Below are positions 31,387-41,419 of a stretch of 57,738 bases of DNA, piece after piece (within the stretch, counting starts at the first letter, position 1; every line of letters starts with the position of its first letter). The stretch is taken from NCBI GenBank assembly GCA_040767085.1, contig JAXGPF010000017.1:1-57738 (forward strand). Direction: 5' to 3'. The notes under the pieces were generated by a model. The model had not been told where the DNA came from, did no database searches, and saw only the letters and a list, made by a program, of their open reading frames with translations. This DNA is from Kiritimatiellia bacterium (GTDB taxonomy: Bacteria; Verrucomicrobiota; Kiritimatiellia; JAAZAB01). Both the position numbers and the translations under genes were made by a program.

Positions 31387-33462
31387 TCAACCGGCGCCGT
31401 TCAAAACCCGTAATTCGTCGCAAGCCCGGATAAAGGATGCCGCGGACCAGGCCTGAAAGGCCTTGCCCATCGGCCGGCCCGTGCGGCCGTGGGCCCATTC
31501 GTTGAATTCCCAATCCCGGCCTTTGCCCTGGCGGTTCAACTGGGCCAGGCGGACGAGTTCCCGGACCGCCACATCGTGCAAGCCCAGGCGGTGTATGAAA
31601 CGCACCCACAAGCCGCCAATGAACGGCCAGATTCCCCCGTTATGATAATGATCCGGGAGGTTGAGAAGATTCACGGTATAATACGGTTTCCAGTCCGGCG
31701 CGCCGGCCTGCACCGCCGGATATATATTGGCCGCCGGATAAGGCTCATTCACACCCGCGCCCCACATGAATTTAAACGCCGTGCGCGCCCGCTCGGCGTC
31801 CAGCAAATGCAACAGAAACGCCAGGACATTTCCTAACACGTCGCAGCGCCAGTTAAAGGAAAACGGGGTGACTTCCGCGATCAGGTAGCGGGCATCCCCC
31901 AGTGAAAACTGCAAATCGGTGAACGCCTTCGGCTGGGCGGGATTGGGCGGACTGGTGGTCGGCCAGAAAGTCGCCAGAATCCGCTCACGGATATGCTGGG
32001 ACCAGCGCAGGTAATCCGCCGCGCGCGGGTAATCGCCCATGAATTCCAGCAAGCGCCCATAGCAAACGTTAGCCCGGAACCAGAGCACTTCGTCGTACAA
32101 TACGTTATAACTCCGGCCGAACAGGTCCGTCCAGTCGCCGGCCTCCGGGATTTCCAGCAAGCCGTCGTTGTTGCTGTCGTGGGCGCTCAACCAGTCCATG
32201 GCCCGCTGCAGGAGCGAAGCATGCTCGTAAAGCAGACGCCGGTCGCCCACCGCGCGGGCATAATTGTAAAAAGCGATAATCAGCCATAACCCGCCGTCAA
32301 TGGCGCAAATCCCCCCCACCCCGGAATAATCCGGCTTGCCGTCGTCAATGCGGACATTGGCGGGAATCTGGCCGGTAGGGGTGATGTTGTTAATCAAAGT
32401 TAAAAGAGTCCGCCGCTGGCAGGCGCGGATTTCGGGATCCTGCAGGTGATTCGTCAGCACAACCGTCATGGCGCCGTCACGCGACCAGACGCTGCGGTAA
32501 TTGACATCCGTCCCGGTCACTTCGTTTTCATCCAGGGCGCAGGCGGAAAAGCCCAGCGGGGTGATGTTTTTGCGCAAAGCCTCGATGGCGCGCCGGTAGC
32601 CTTCCGCCAGCAGCGCGCGATCCTCCGCGCTCAAGGCCGCGGCGGAAGCATCGCCCAGCATGCGGAATATGGGATCCGCCGCATCCGACCAGGCGGAATC
32701 CGACGAAGGCGGCGGCAACTCATCCAGCACGCCGTAGTGCTTCAGACCGTCCAGCACGCCTTCCGCCATGACCATGGTGGAAACATAACAAGGCAACGGC
32801 GCCAGGGCCGCCAATAATTCCGGCTGTGCGTTTTCCATCACCAGCCCATTGACGCCCGGCAGCAGAAACGCGCTGGCATCATCCCCCGAATCGCCGGCCA
32901 CCAGAATTTCAGCAAGGGGAATATGCAAAAATTCGGCCAGCCAGGCCAGCGCCCGGCCCTTGTCGGTCTGCGCCGGCAACACGCGCACCAAGCCGGTTTC
33001 GGAACAGCTCAGGTTCACTGCCAGGCCGCTTTTTTCAAACTCACGGCGCAATTCTTCAACTGGATTTTCCGGCAAAGCGTAAAACTGCCAGGTGGGTTTG
33101 TAAGGATGCAAAAAATCCGGCTGGCTGCGCGCCAAGCCGGGAAAATCGCCAAGAATGCGTTCAACCTTGACCGGGCGCCAGGATGGACCGGCCAACGCGG
33201 CGTATTCCTCCAGGGTCCGCTCCTGCCGGGCATCGTAAATGGTTGATCCCAACCCGCTGATGATATAATCCGCCGGCGGCAAAATATCCCGCTTAACCAT
33301 CCCTATGACGTCCGCCAGTTCGCGCCCGGTATTATATACCAGCAACGGATGGCGTTCCTCCGGGAGATTCCGCCAGGCAACCCGGAAGCGGCAAGTGGAT
33401 TCCGGGTTACCGAGCAGCGTCCCATCCAAGTCCGAATTAAACAAAGAAATTTTACAGGCCAT
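31387..33462 (-). CDS. Fusion: HAD-IIB sugar-phosphate phosphatase + GH100 (alkaline/neutral invertase-like) hydrolase
   Basis: N-term SDLDGTL, YNTGR, GDSGDD; C-term VWSRDG, IDGGLW, YHNGGIWP, FNEWAHG, FQAWS. Confidence 0.82.
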   Translation of the reverse strand: MACKISLFNSDLDGTLLGNPESTCRFRVAWRNLPEERHPLLVYNTGRELADVIGMVKRDILPPADYIISGLGSTIYDARQERTLEEYAALAGPSWRPVKVERILGDFPGLARSQPDFLHPYKPTWQFYALPENPVEELRREFEKSGLAVNLSCSETGLVRVLPAQTDKGRALAWLAEFLHIPLAEILVAGDSGDDASAFLLPGVNGLVMENAQPELLAALAPLPCYVSTMVMAEGVLDGLKHYGVLDELPPPSSDSAWSDAADPIFRMLGDASAAALSAEDRALLAEGYRRAIEALRKNITPLGFSACALDENEVTGTDVNYRSVWSRDGAMTVVLTNHLQDPEIRACQRRTLLTLINNITPTGQIPANVRIDDGKPDYSGVGGICAIDGGLWLIIAFYNYARAVGDRRLLYEHASLLQRAMDWLSAHDSNNDGLLEIPEAGDWTDLFGRSYNVLYDEVLWFRANVCYGRLLEFMGDYPRAADYLRWSQHIRERILATFWPTTSPPNPAQPKAFTDLQFSLGDARYLIAEVTPFSFNWRCDVLGNVLAFLLHLLDAERARTAFKFMWGAGVNEPYPAANIYPAVQAGAPDWKPYYTVNLLNLPDHYHNGGIWPFIGGLWVRFIHRLGLHDVAVRELVRLAQLNRQGKGRDWEFNEWAHGRTGRPMGKAFQAWSAASFIRACDELRVLNGAG

Positions 33463-33566
33463 AACGAAGCGATTATGCCCGGCAATCCGGCATGATTCAA
33501 GTTCAGAATTCCTGATGGTAATTTACTTGCCAAGCGGGCGTATTCTGGCATATTAAACAGCCAGAC

Positions 33567-33643
33567 GCTCCGGTAGCTCAGTTGGACAGAGCGGCGGATT
33601 CCTAATCCGCAGGTCGCGGGTTCGACCCCCGCCCGGGGTACCA
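33567..33643 (+). tRNA. tRNA-Arg(CCT)
   Basis: GCTCCGGTAGCTCAGTTGGACAGAGC, stem-loop GCGGA-TT-CCT-AA-TCCGC, GGTTCGACCCC, ends ACCA. Confidence 0.95.
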
Positions 33644-33718
33644 GCAGCGACACCGGCTTGCTAATAATCCCGTCAAGGATTCAGGTTATAGTCAACACCA
33701 AACAGGAGTACAACCCGC

Positions 33719-35089
33719 ATGAAGTCCAAACAGAAATTGAAATTTATCATCGTCGGGCTGGGCAACCGCGGCCGTGATTCATTCGCCCGGTCGCTGTTGG
33801 GATTTCCCAACCGCGGCCTGCCGGAGTTCCCGGAGCGCGCTGAAATCACGGCCTTCGTGGACATCAACACCGCCCGGGCCCGCGTGGCGAACGAGGTGCT
33901 GGGAACCAATTTCCCGGTCTTCGCCAACGTGGATGCCGCGATGGAAAAAGTCAACGCGGATTGGGCCGTGGTCACCACCGCCGACTGCACCCATGCCGAT
34001 GTTTGCGAAGCGGCGCTGGACCATAATGTCAACGTCGTGGTGGACAAGCCGCTGGCGACGAGCGTCTGGGAATGCGAGCGCATCATCGCCTCCGCCCGGC
34101 GCAACAATTGCCAGGTGATCGTCGGGCACAACCTGCGCTACAACGAATATATGCTGGCCATGGCGAAACTGGTGCGCGGGGGCGCCATCGGACGGGTGCT
34201 CCATGTCGAGGCGGCGGAAATCCTGGATCTCGACCACGGCGGATCCTATTTCAACCGGTGGCATTCGGAATTCGCCAAGTCGGCCGGCCTGATGAATCAC
34301 AAGTGCTGCCATCAACTCGATATCATCAACTGGGTGTTGAATGACGCGCCGGTGGGTGTCAGCGCCATCGGCGCACGGGATTACTACCTGCCCCGCCCGG
34401 ATTTGCCGCCGCACGGCCCGCGCTGCAGCACCTGCGCCATCGGCCGGCAATGCCCGCATCATTGCAATATTGACAACGATTATCCTGGCGGACGCCCGGA
34501 AGACCGGCAGCGTCTGCGGCGCATGTATGTGGACGTGGAGCAGGACGACGGCTATATCCGCGATGCCTGCGTTTTCAGCGACCGCAACACCATCAACGAC
34601 CATGAAACGCTCAACATCCGTTATGCCAGGGGCACGCTGGCGTCATTCAATCTGCTCACCTTCGCGCCCCGCGAGTACAATTACTTTTACTTTACTGGCA
34701 CCAAGGGCCGCATGGAATACGGCGTCGCCTTCACCCCCAAGGCCGGCCAGCCGGGCCAGCAGGGCATGGCGGAAATGGGCTACTTTGAGGAAGTCGGCAA
34801 GCCGTTCATCCGCATCCTGAAACATGACCGCACAGTGGAAAACATTGCCGTGGACCGCAAGCATGCCGGGTTCGGCCATGGCGGCGCCGACGTGAAATTA
34901 ATCGCCACGTTGCTGAACGTCCCGATTGAAAACGTTGATCCGATCCAGTTAGCCACGCCGGAGCAGGCGCGCAACGCCGTCGCGATCGCCGACATGGCCG
35001 CCCGTTCCATCGCCGCCGGCGGCCGCTACGTGGGCGTCGAAGAAACCGGCCGGGATTTCCCGCCCGCCCCGCCGGCGCGGCAGGAGTGA
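33719..35089 (+). CDS. Gfo/Idh/MocA-family oxidoreductase
   Basis: IVGLGNRG, DKPLA, GHNLRY, HKCCHQLD, GHGGAD. Confidence 0.9.
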   Translation: MKSKQKLKFIIVGLGNRGRDSFARSLLGFPNRGLPEFPERAEITAFVDINTARARVANEVLGTNFPVFANVDAAMEKVNADWAVVTTADCTHADVCEAALDHNVNVVVDKPLATSVWECERIIASARRNNCQVIVGHNLRYNEYMLAMAKLVRGGAIGRVLHVEAAEILDLDHGGSYFNRWHSEFAKSAGLMNHKCCHQLDIINWVLNDAPVGVSAIGARDYYLPRPDLPPHGPRCSTCAIGRQCPHHCNIDNDYPGGRPEDRQRLRRMYVDVEQDDGYIRDACVFSDRNTINDHETLNIRYARGTLASFNLLTFAPREYNYFYFTGTKGRMEYGVAFTPKAGQPGQQGMAEMGYFEEVGKPFIRILKHDRTVENIAVDRKHAGFGHGGADVKLIATLLNVPIENVDPIQLATPEQARNAVAIADMAARSIAAGGRYVGVEETGRDFPPAPPARQE

Positions 35090-35189
35090 TGGCAACATAA
35101 GTCTTCGGCATAGCTACAGCGCAGGCGGGCTGTGCCGCGCCGAAGCCGGGCAGGCGGGCGCTACTACCTCGGAGCGGCGATCCAGGCTT

Positions 35190-35540
35190 TTACCGGGGTA
35201 ACAGGCGCTGCGGATCAACCAGCCGGCCGCCGCGGAACAGCACGCCTTCCGATGCCAGCAAAGCGCGCTTGCGGCACAGGGCGGCGCCGCCGCGGCAACC
35301 TTGGAACCCGCCCAGGAGCCCGCCGGCAGCGACAACCCTATGGCAAGGCACAGCGGGCGCGAATGGATTGCAGCGCAAGGCCTGCCCCACGGCGCGGGGC
35401 GACCGGCAACCAATGGCCGCCGCCAGGCCGCCATAAGTGATCACCCGCCCGGCAGGCACCTTTGACAACGCGGCATATACCAGGGCCTGGAAGTCGGTCA
35501 CAATTGGTTCCGGCCGGGATTGACAAACAGACTTTTTCAT
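35190..35540 (-). CDS. MGMT-family methylated-DNA-protein-cysteine methyltransferase (DNA-binding domain only)
   Basis: [22 protein letters not shown] with active Cys; start uncertain. Confidence 0.85.
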   Translation of the reverse strand: MKKSVCQSRPEPIVTDFQALVYAALSKVPAGRVITYGGLAAAIGCRSPRAVGQALRCNPFAPAVPCHRVVAAGGLLGGFQGCRGGAALCRKRALLASEGVLFRGGRLVDPQRLLPR

Positions 35541-35547
35541 CTATTAT
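35520..35547 (+). promoter_or_regulatory. Putative sigma70 promoter of the glutamate mutase operon
   Basis: TTGACA-16-TATTAT about 40 nt upstream of the ATG at 35586. Confidence 0.5.
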
Positions 35548-35585
35548 GCCGAATAACTGTTTACATCTCTTCAACACTGGAAATT

Positions 35586-36014
35586 ATGGTACCAAACAAG
35601 GGCAATAGTGTCACGGTTGTTTTGGGCGTCATTGGCGCCGACTGCCACGTCATCGGAAATAAAATCCTGGAACACTCCTTTCGCGAAGCGGGTTTCCGCG
35701 TGGTTAACCTGGGCGTGATGGTTTCGCAGGAGGAATTCATCGCCGCAGCCATTGAGACCAATGCCAGCGCCATGATCGTTTCTTCGCTTTACGGACATGG
35801 CGAGTTAGACTGCCGGGGCTTCCGCGCCAAATGCATCGAAGCCGGGCTGGGCGGCATTCTGCTCTATGTCGGGGGCAACCTCGTAGTCGGGAAGAGCGAT
35901 TTTAAAGAGGTGGAGCAGAAATTCCTGGGCATGGGGTTCAACCGGGTATTCCCGCCCGGCACCATTCCGGAAGACGGCATCGCCGCCTTGAAACAGGATT
36001 TAGCCAACGGGTAA
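35586..36014 (+). CDS. glmS: Glutamate (methylaspartate) mutase S subunit, B12-binding
   Basis: [15 protein letters not shown] (DxHxxG), [17 protein letters not shown]. Confidence 0.93.
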   Translation: MVPNKGNSVTVVLGVIGADCHVIGNKILEHSFREAGFRVVNLGVMVSQEEFIAAAIETNASAMIVSSLYGHGELDCRGFRAKCIEAGLGGILLYVGGNLVVGKSDFKEVEQKFLGMGFNRVFPPGTIPEDGIAALKQDLANG

Positions 36015-36021
36015 TCCAGAC

Positions 36022-37410
36022 ATGCCCAGATACCTACTGGCCGACATCGGCAGCACTTTCACCAAACTCTGCGCCGTGGATACGGATGCCCGCGCCATCA
36101 TCGCCCTGGCATCCGCGCCAACAACGGTAGCCGATGACGTGAACCGGGGATTCGAAGCCGCGCGGCGCGAGTTGCATCCAGCCATCGGCGCCACGGCCGC
36201 TACCCTGGTCTGCAGCAGCGCCGCCGGCGGTTTGCGGATAGCGGCCGTCGGCTTGGTGCCCCAATTGACCATGGCCGCCGCCCGCCAGGCGGCGCTGGGA
36301 GCGGGCGGCAAGGTGATCCATGCCTGCGCCTACGAACTGACGGAATCCGACACGGACGACCTGCGCCGCCGGCAACCGGACATGATTTTGCTTTCCGGCG
36401 GCACGGATGGCGGAGACCGGGCACACATCCTGCACAATGCCCGGATACTGGAACAGCGCCTGCCGGATGTGCCGGTGATTGTCGCCGGCAATCGCGCAGC
36501 TTACGGCGAAATGCGTGAAATTTTCGGCGGGCGCACGGCGGCGCCAGCCGAGATTATCTTTACCGAAAACGTCCTGCCCGAAGTCAACCGGATGAATCTC
36601 GAGCCAGCGCGGCGCTGCATCCGCGATTTGTTTTTGCGCCGGATCGTGCATGCCCGCGGACTGGACCGCCTGCAAACTGCCGCTCGCATCCTGATGCCGA
36701 CTCCGGAAGCCGTGATGCGCGCAATACGCCTGCTGGCGGAAGGCGTGTCAGCGGCGCAACCGGGCCTGGGCGAGTTGCTGGCGCTGGACATGGGCGGCGC
36801 CACCACGGACGTTTACTCCTGCGCCAGGGGAGCCCCGGAATCCCCCCAAACCGTGATCAAGGGGCTGCCGGAGCCGTACGTCAAGCGCACCGTGGAAGCC
36901 GACATCGGCCTGCGGCATACGATCGGGTTCCTGGCCGAGCAAATTGATCTGCCAGCCCTGGCCGCCGAGACCGGCCTGCCGGCCGCGGCCCTGCGGGATT
37001 GGATTGACAGCGTGCAGCGCCAGCCGGACCGTCTCCCGGCCGTCCCAGCGGAACTGACGGCGGACTCGGCGCTGGCCCGCGCCGGCTGCCGCATCGCCGC
37101 CATCCGGCATGCCGGCCGGCTGGAGGAAACATATACGCCAGCCGGGCGCGTATATCTCCAGGAAGGCAAGGATCTGGGCAGTGTGCCGGCCGTCATCGGC
37201 ACGGGCGGCCCGCTGGTCAACAATCCTGCGCCAGGCATACTGTTGTCAGCGGCGCGCCGGGCGCCCGGGATGACCGCGCTGCTGCCGCGCGATCCGGCAT
37301 ATTACGTGGATCGGCTTTACATTTTATGGGCCATGGGTCTGCTGGCGGAGGTTGACGCCGGAGCGGCGCTGGCCATCATGCGGAACAACCTGGAACAGGT
37401 TAGTGCTTAA
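36022..37410 (+). CDS. glmL: Glutamate mutase accessory/reactivase protein GlmL (MutL)
   Basis: DIGSTFTK, CSSAAGGL, GGTDGG, DMGGATTDVYS, KRTVEAD. Confidence 0.9.
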   Translation: MPRYLLADIGSTFTKLCAVDTDARAIIALASAPTTVADDVNRGFEAARRELHPAIGATAATLVCSSAAGGLRIAAVGLVPQLTMAAARQAALGAGGKVIHACAYELTESDTDDLRRRQPDMILLSGGTDGGDRAHILHNARILEQRLPDVPVIVAGNRAAYGEMREIFGGRTAAPAEIIFTENVLPEVNRMNLEPARRCIRDLFLRRIVHARGLDRLQTAARILMPTPEAVMRAIRLLAEGVSAAQPGLGELLALDMGGATTDVYSCARGAPESPQTVIKGLPEPYVKRTVEADIGLRHTIGFLAEQIDLPALAAETGLPAAALRDWIDSVQRQPDRLPAVPAELTADSALARAGCRIAAIRHAGRLEETYTPAGRVYLQEGKDLGSVPAVIGTGGPLVNNPAPGILLSAARRAPGMTALLPRDPAYYVDRLYILWAMGLLAEVDAGAALAIMRNNLEQVSA

Positions 37411-37420
37411 AGAATCACAT

Positions 37421-38875
37421 ATGAACATACAAAACCGCAAACTGAAGATGGACGATTTCATGCGCGAACGCGCCGCGGTGCTGGCGACCTGGCCGACCGG
37501 CGCCGAAGTGCAAAAGCTGGACGAAGGATTCGCATGGCAATCCGCCATCCCCGCCGGAAAACGTTTCAGCGCGGCGCTGGGTGCGGCCGCGGCCGAGCGC
37601 GCCACACTGGTCCAACCACGCGCCGGCGTCTGCCTGCTGAAAAACCATATCCAACTCCTGAAGCGGCTGCAGGACGAGGGCGGCGCCGACCTCCTGCCCA
37701 CCACAATTGACAGCTATACCCGCCAGAACCGCTATGCCGAAGCCAAGCGCGGTATAGACGAAAGTATGACCGGCGAGCGCTCGCTCCTGAACGGATTCCC
37801 GGCCGTGAACTACGGCGCCCGCATCTGCCGGGAAGTCACCTCCGCCCTGGACCGGCCCGTTCAAGTCCGCCATGGCACGCCCGATGCGCGCCTGCTGGCG
37901 GAAATCTCCATTGCCGGCGGCTTTACAGCGTTTGAGGGCGGCGGCATCTCCTACAATATCCCCTATGCCAAAAATGTTCCCCTGGCCCAGTCTCTCGCCG
38001 CCTGGCAATACGTGGACCGCCTCATGGGCCTCTACGCGGAACACGGCGCCATCATCAACCGGGAACCATTCGGGCCGCTCACCGGGACCATGGTTCCGCC
38101 GTCTATCTCCAATACCATCGCCATTATCGAAAGCCTGCTGGCCGCCGAACAGGGCGTGGTGGACATCACGGTCGGCTACGGCCAATGCGGCAACCTGCAC
38201 CAGGACATCGCCGCCATCAACATCCTGCGCCGGCAATGCCGGCAATACCTGGACGCGGCCGGTTTTTCCAACGTGGCGCTTTCAACCGTTTTCCACCAAT
38301 GGATGGGCGGATTTCCGGTGGACGAAGCCCAGTCTTTCGGCGTGATCGCCTGGGGCGCCGCCGCCGCCGCCCTGGCCGGCGCGACCAAGGTCATCAGCAA
38401 ATCGCCGCATGAAGCGCTGGGGGTTCCTTCCGCCGATGCCAATATCCAGGGCGTGAAGGCCACGCTCCAGATTCTGAACATGCTGCGCGGCCAGCAGCCG
38501 GTGGAATCGGATATCATCCGCGAGGAAGAAGCGGTGATTGCGCGCGAGACGGCGGCTTTGATGGATCACACCCTGCGCCTGGGCGAGGGCGATCTGGCCC
38601 GGGGCGTGCTGCGCGCCTTCCAGGCCGGCGTGCTGGATATTCCCTTTGCGCCCAGCCGCGAGGCTCGCGGCGCGGTGGTGCCGGTGCGCGATCTGCATGG
38701 CGCCGTGCGCTTTTTCGACTTCGGCAATCTTCCATTCGACGATGAAATCAAAAACTTTCACCGCCGCGCAGTATCGGCGCGCGCCCATGCCGAGCGCCGC
38801 GAGGTTTCGTTTCAGATGGTGACGGACGACATTTACGCCGTCAGCAAGGGGCGGCTGGTAGGCGCACCGCGCTGA
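37421..38875 (+). CDS. glmE: Glutamate (methylaspartate) mutase E subunit
   Basis: QPRAG, TIDSYTRQNRY, LNGFPAVN, RHGTPD, EGGGISYNIPYAK, HQWMGGFP. Confidence 0.95.
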   Translation: MNIQNRKLKMDDFMRERAAVLATWPTGAEVQKLDEGFAWQSAIPAGKRFSAALGAAAAERATLVQPRAGVCLLKNHIQLLKRLQDEGGADLLPTTIDSYTRQNRYAEAKRGIDESMTGERSLLNGFPAVNYGARICREVTSALDRPVQVRHGTPDARLLAEISIAGGFTAFEGGGISYNIPYAKNVPLAQSLAAWQYVDRLMGLYAEHGAIINREPFGPLTGTMVPPSISNTIAIIESLLAAEQGVVDITVGYGQCGNLHQDIAAINILRRQCRQYLDAAGFSNVALSTVFHQWMGGFPVDEAQSFGVIAWGAAAAALAGATKVISKSPHEALGVPSADANIQGVKATLQILNMLRGQQPVESDIIREEEAVIARETAALMDHTLRLGEGDLARGVLRAFQAGVLDIPFAPSREARGAVVPVRDLHGAVRFFDFGNLPFDDEIKNFHRRAVSARAHAERREVSFQMVTDDIYAVSKGRLVGAPR

Positions 38876-38903
38876 ATTTCAACAACACAAATCCGGAGGA
38901 ACA

Positions 38904-40154
38904 ATGACAAAAATCAAGGATGTAATCTGCGCGCCGGGATTGACCGGTTTTTATTTCGACGATCAAAAAGTCATCAAAAACGGCGTTACCGCCGATGGCG
39001 GCTTTTACAAGGGTGCGCCGCTCACCCCGGGATTCAAAAACATCCGGCAAGCTGGTGAAAGTATCGCCGTCATGCTGCGCCTGGATGACGGCCAACTCGC
39101 ACGGGGCGATTGCGCCGCCGTGCAGTATTCCGGCGCAGCCGGGCGCGATCCGGTCTTCCTGGCCCGCGATTTCATCCCGGTCATCGAACACGCGGTCGTC
39201 CCCAGGCTGCGGGGCCGCGCACTCGACGCCTTCCGTCCGCTGGCGGAAGAAATTGACCGGCTGGAATGCGGCGGCCGGCCCCTGCACACCGCCTTGCGTT
39301 ACGGCATCACGCAAACAATTCTAGACGCCGTGGCCAAGGCCCAGCACCGCCTGCCTTGCGAAGTCATCGCCGCGGAATACGGCACCGCCATCGCCGACCG
39401 TCCGGTGCCCGTGTTCGCCCAATCCGGAGATGAGCGTTACGCCAATGCGGATAAAATGATCATCAAGCAGGCCGATGTTCTGCCGCACGCATTGATCAAT
39501 AACGTGCCGGATAAATTGGGCGCGGACGGCGGCAAACTCCTGGATTATATTGGATGGCTGCGCGACCGGATCGAGCAATACCGCCCGCATCCGGAATACC
39601 ATCCGGACCTGCACATTGACGTTTACGGAACCATCGGGCTGATTTGCGGCAACGACACCGGGAAAATGGCGGACTACATTGCGCGCCTGGGCCGCGCTGC
39701 CGCCCCGTTCAAATTACGGATAGAAGGTCCGATGGACATGGGCGCGCGTGAAACCCAATGCAAGGCGCTGGCCGCGTTGCGCCGGCGCCTGCAGGCGGAC
39801 GGCTCCGGCGTCGGCATTGTCGCCGACGAATGGTGCAACACCCTGGAAGATACGCGTTATTTTGCGGACGCCCAGGCGGTGGACATGATTCAAATCAAAA
39901 CGCCCGACCTGGGCGGAATCAATAATTCCATTGAAGCGGTATTGTATTGCCAGCGGCATGGCATTGGCGCATACTTGGGCGGTACGTGCAACGAAACCGA
40001 CCGTTCCGCCCAGATTTGCGCGCATATCGCCCTGGCCACCCGGCCCGACCAGATGCTGGCCAAGCCGGGCATGGGGGTGGACGAAGGATTGATGATCGTG
40101 CGCAACGAAATGGCATGCACCCTGGCCTGCCTGGCGGCGGAACACGGCAGGTAG
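38904..40154 (+). CDS. mal: Methylaspartate ammonia-lyase
   Basis: GFYFDDQ, GDCAAVQYSG, QSGDERY, LPHALINN, ADEWCN, QIKTPDLG, GGTCNET. Confidence 0.95.
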   Translation: MTKIKDVICAPGLTGFYFDDQKVIKNGVTADGGFYKGAPLTPGFKNIRQAGESIAVMLRLDDGQLARGDCAAVQYSGAAGRDPVFLARDFIPVIEHAVVPRLRGRALDAFRPLAEEIDRLECGGRPLHTALRYGITQTILDAVAKAQHRLPCEVIAAEYGTAIADRPVPVFAQSGDERYANADKMIIKQADVLPHALINNVPDKLGADGGKLLDYIGWLRDRIEQYRPHPEYHPDLHIDVYGTIGLICGNDTGKMADYIARLGRAAAPFKLRIEGPMDMGARETQCKALAALRRRLQADGSGVGIVADEWCNTLEDTRYFADAQAVDMIQIKTPDLGGINNSIEAVLYCQRHGIGAYLGGTCNETDRSAQICAHIALATRPDQMLAKPGMGVDEGLMIVRNEMACTLACLAAEHGR

Positions 40155-40159
40155 AGAGG

Positions 40160-40402
40160 CGCAGAGAGGGGCAAAGGATCAGAGGCACAAAGGATCAAAG
40201 GGGCCGGCATGCACACCCACACATTTAATTTCCGATCCTCCTTCGTGACCTTCGTGTCCTTCGTGGTTAAATCAGAAGGGGCAAAGGATCAGAGGCACAA
40301 AGGGGAAAGTGTTCCGTTTTCAGGCGTAAAACCATAAAACGGTAAACCTTAAAACTTACAAATTTCCGCTTTCGCGTTCTTTGTGTTCTTTTGTGGTAAA
40401 TT
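40160..40402 (+). repeat. Mosaic of 8-10-nt periodic repeats
   Basis: ggggcaaaggatcagaggcacaaagg twice, cttcgtgac/cttcgtgtc/cttcgtggt, taaaaccataaaac, gttctttgtgttcttttgtggt; inverted homologues at 43689-43830. Confidence 0.75.
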
Positions 40403-40416
40403 AAAGGGGGCCTTGC

Positions 40417-41388
40417 ATGCGCGCCAACGTCTGGCATGAATGTCTGCGATTTGCGGCATATTACGCGCCGCGGGGCCGGGTACGCCTGTTGATGCTGGGT
40501 GAAAGCATCGGCCAACGTTATCTGTCGGCCAACGACCAACTGATCGGCATTCTCGGCGAAGCCGGGACGGGTAAATCCTCCATCATCAACGGCATGTTCC
40601 CCGGGCTGGAACTGACCAACGACGACGCTGGGATCAATGTCCGACCCCTGCCCCTCCTGCGCATGGCCCAGGATGGCAAATTTACCGCGCATACATTTCA
40701 CATAGACGTGCGTTTTGAAATGGCGTTTTCACAACTGGGCGAAATTGCCCAGGCCATCCACCTGGCCATCCGACACGGCCGGCGCGTGATTGTCGAGCAT
40801 TTCGATACGATTTATCCGGTTTTGAAGATTAACGCCCAGTTCCTGGTGGGCGTTGGCGAAGAAATCGTTTTGGTACGGCCGAACATCTTCGGTCCGTTTC
40901 CCGAAGACATCTGCAAGGTGATCGAAGGGACCGCCATTTACCGCAAGATGGCGCATAGCGCCGAGGACATAACCTCCATGGTTTTGGAGCGCGATTTCGG
41001 CATTCCGCCGCCTGAATATCACAGCGATGTGCCGCGCGGATTCGTGATCGCTTTTGACCGCAAACCGAAGAAACTGGACATCGCCGAACTGGAGCGCAAG
41101 GCCTTGAAGATTATCGCGGACAAACTGGATATCAGCTACGCCGATGGGGAGCATATCCGCATCGGCCCGTACCTCTACGGCTGCACCGGCCCGCGCATCC
41201 ATGTCCGGAATTCCGGGGAAATCCGCAACTTCCGGCTGCTGCCGGAACTGGTGCATGACATCATGGCGCGCAAACACTGCCTGGTGGGATTGATCGGCGA
41301 GCCGAAAGCCACATTTTTCGTGGACCGCCATCCGGATTTGCCGCATGGGCCACCCCGGTCGCCGGCTAAGGCGCCGGCGCATCAATGA
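40417..41388 (+). CDS. Uncharacterised P-loop protein with AlaRS/ThrRS second-additional-domain-like C-terminus
   Basis: GEAGTGKS Walker A; KMAHSAED and CTGPRIHV resemble the editing-domain metal motifs. Confidence 0.7.
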   Translation: MRANVWHECLRFAAYYAPRGRVRLLMLGESIGQRYLSANDQLIGILGEAGTGKSSIINGMFPGLELTNDDAGINVRPLPLLRMAQDGKFTAHTFHIDVRFEMAFSQLGEIAQAIHLAIRHGRRVIVEHFDTIYPVLKINAQFLVGVGEEIVLVRPNIFGPFPEDICKVIEGTAIYRKMAHSAEDITSMVLERDFGIPPPEYHSDVPRGFVIAFDRKPKKLDIAELERKALKIIADKLDISYADGEHIRIGPYLYGCTGPRIHVRNSGEIRNFRLLPELVHDIMARKHCLVGLIGEPKATFFVDRHPDLPHGPPRSPAKAPAHQ

Positions 41389-41419
41389 AACTGTAATTGA
41401 ATCCGGATTGCGCCACACA

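Noticed and set aside
24052-33643. Integrative island bounded by tRNAs
   Set aside because: No integrase and no duplicated tRNA 3' end seen; both tRNA 3' ends point away from the locus.
35520-35586. Cobalamin riboswitch upstream of glmS
   Set aside because: Leader is too short and no B12 box is seen.
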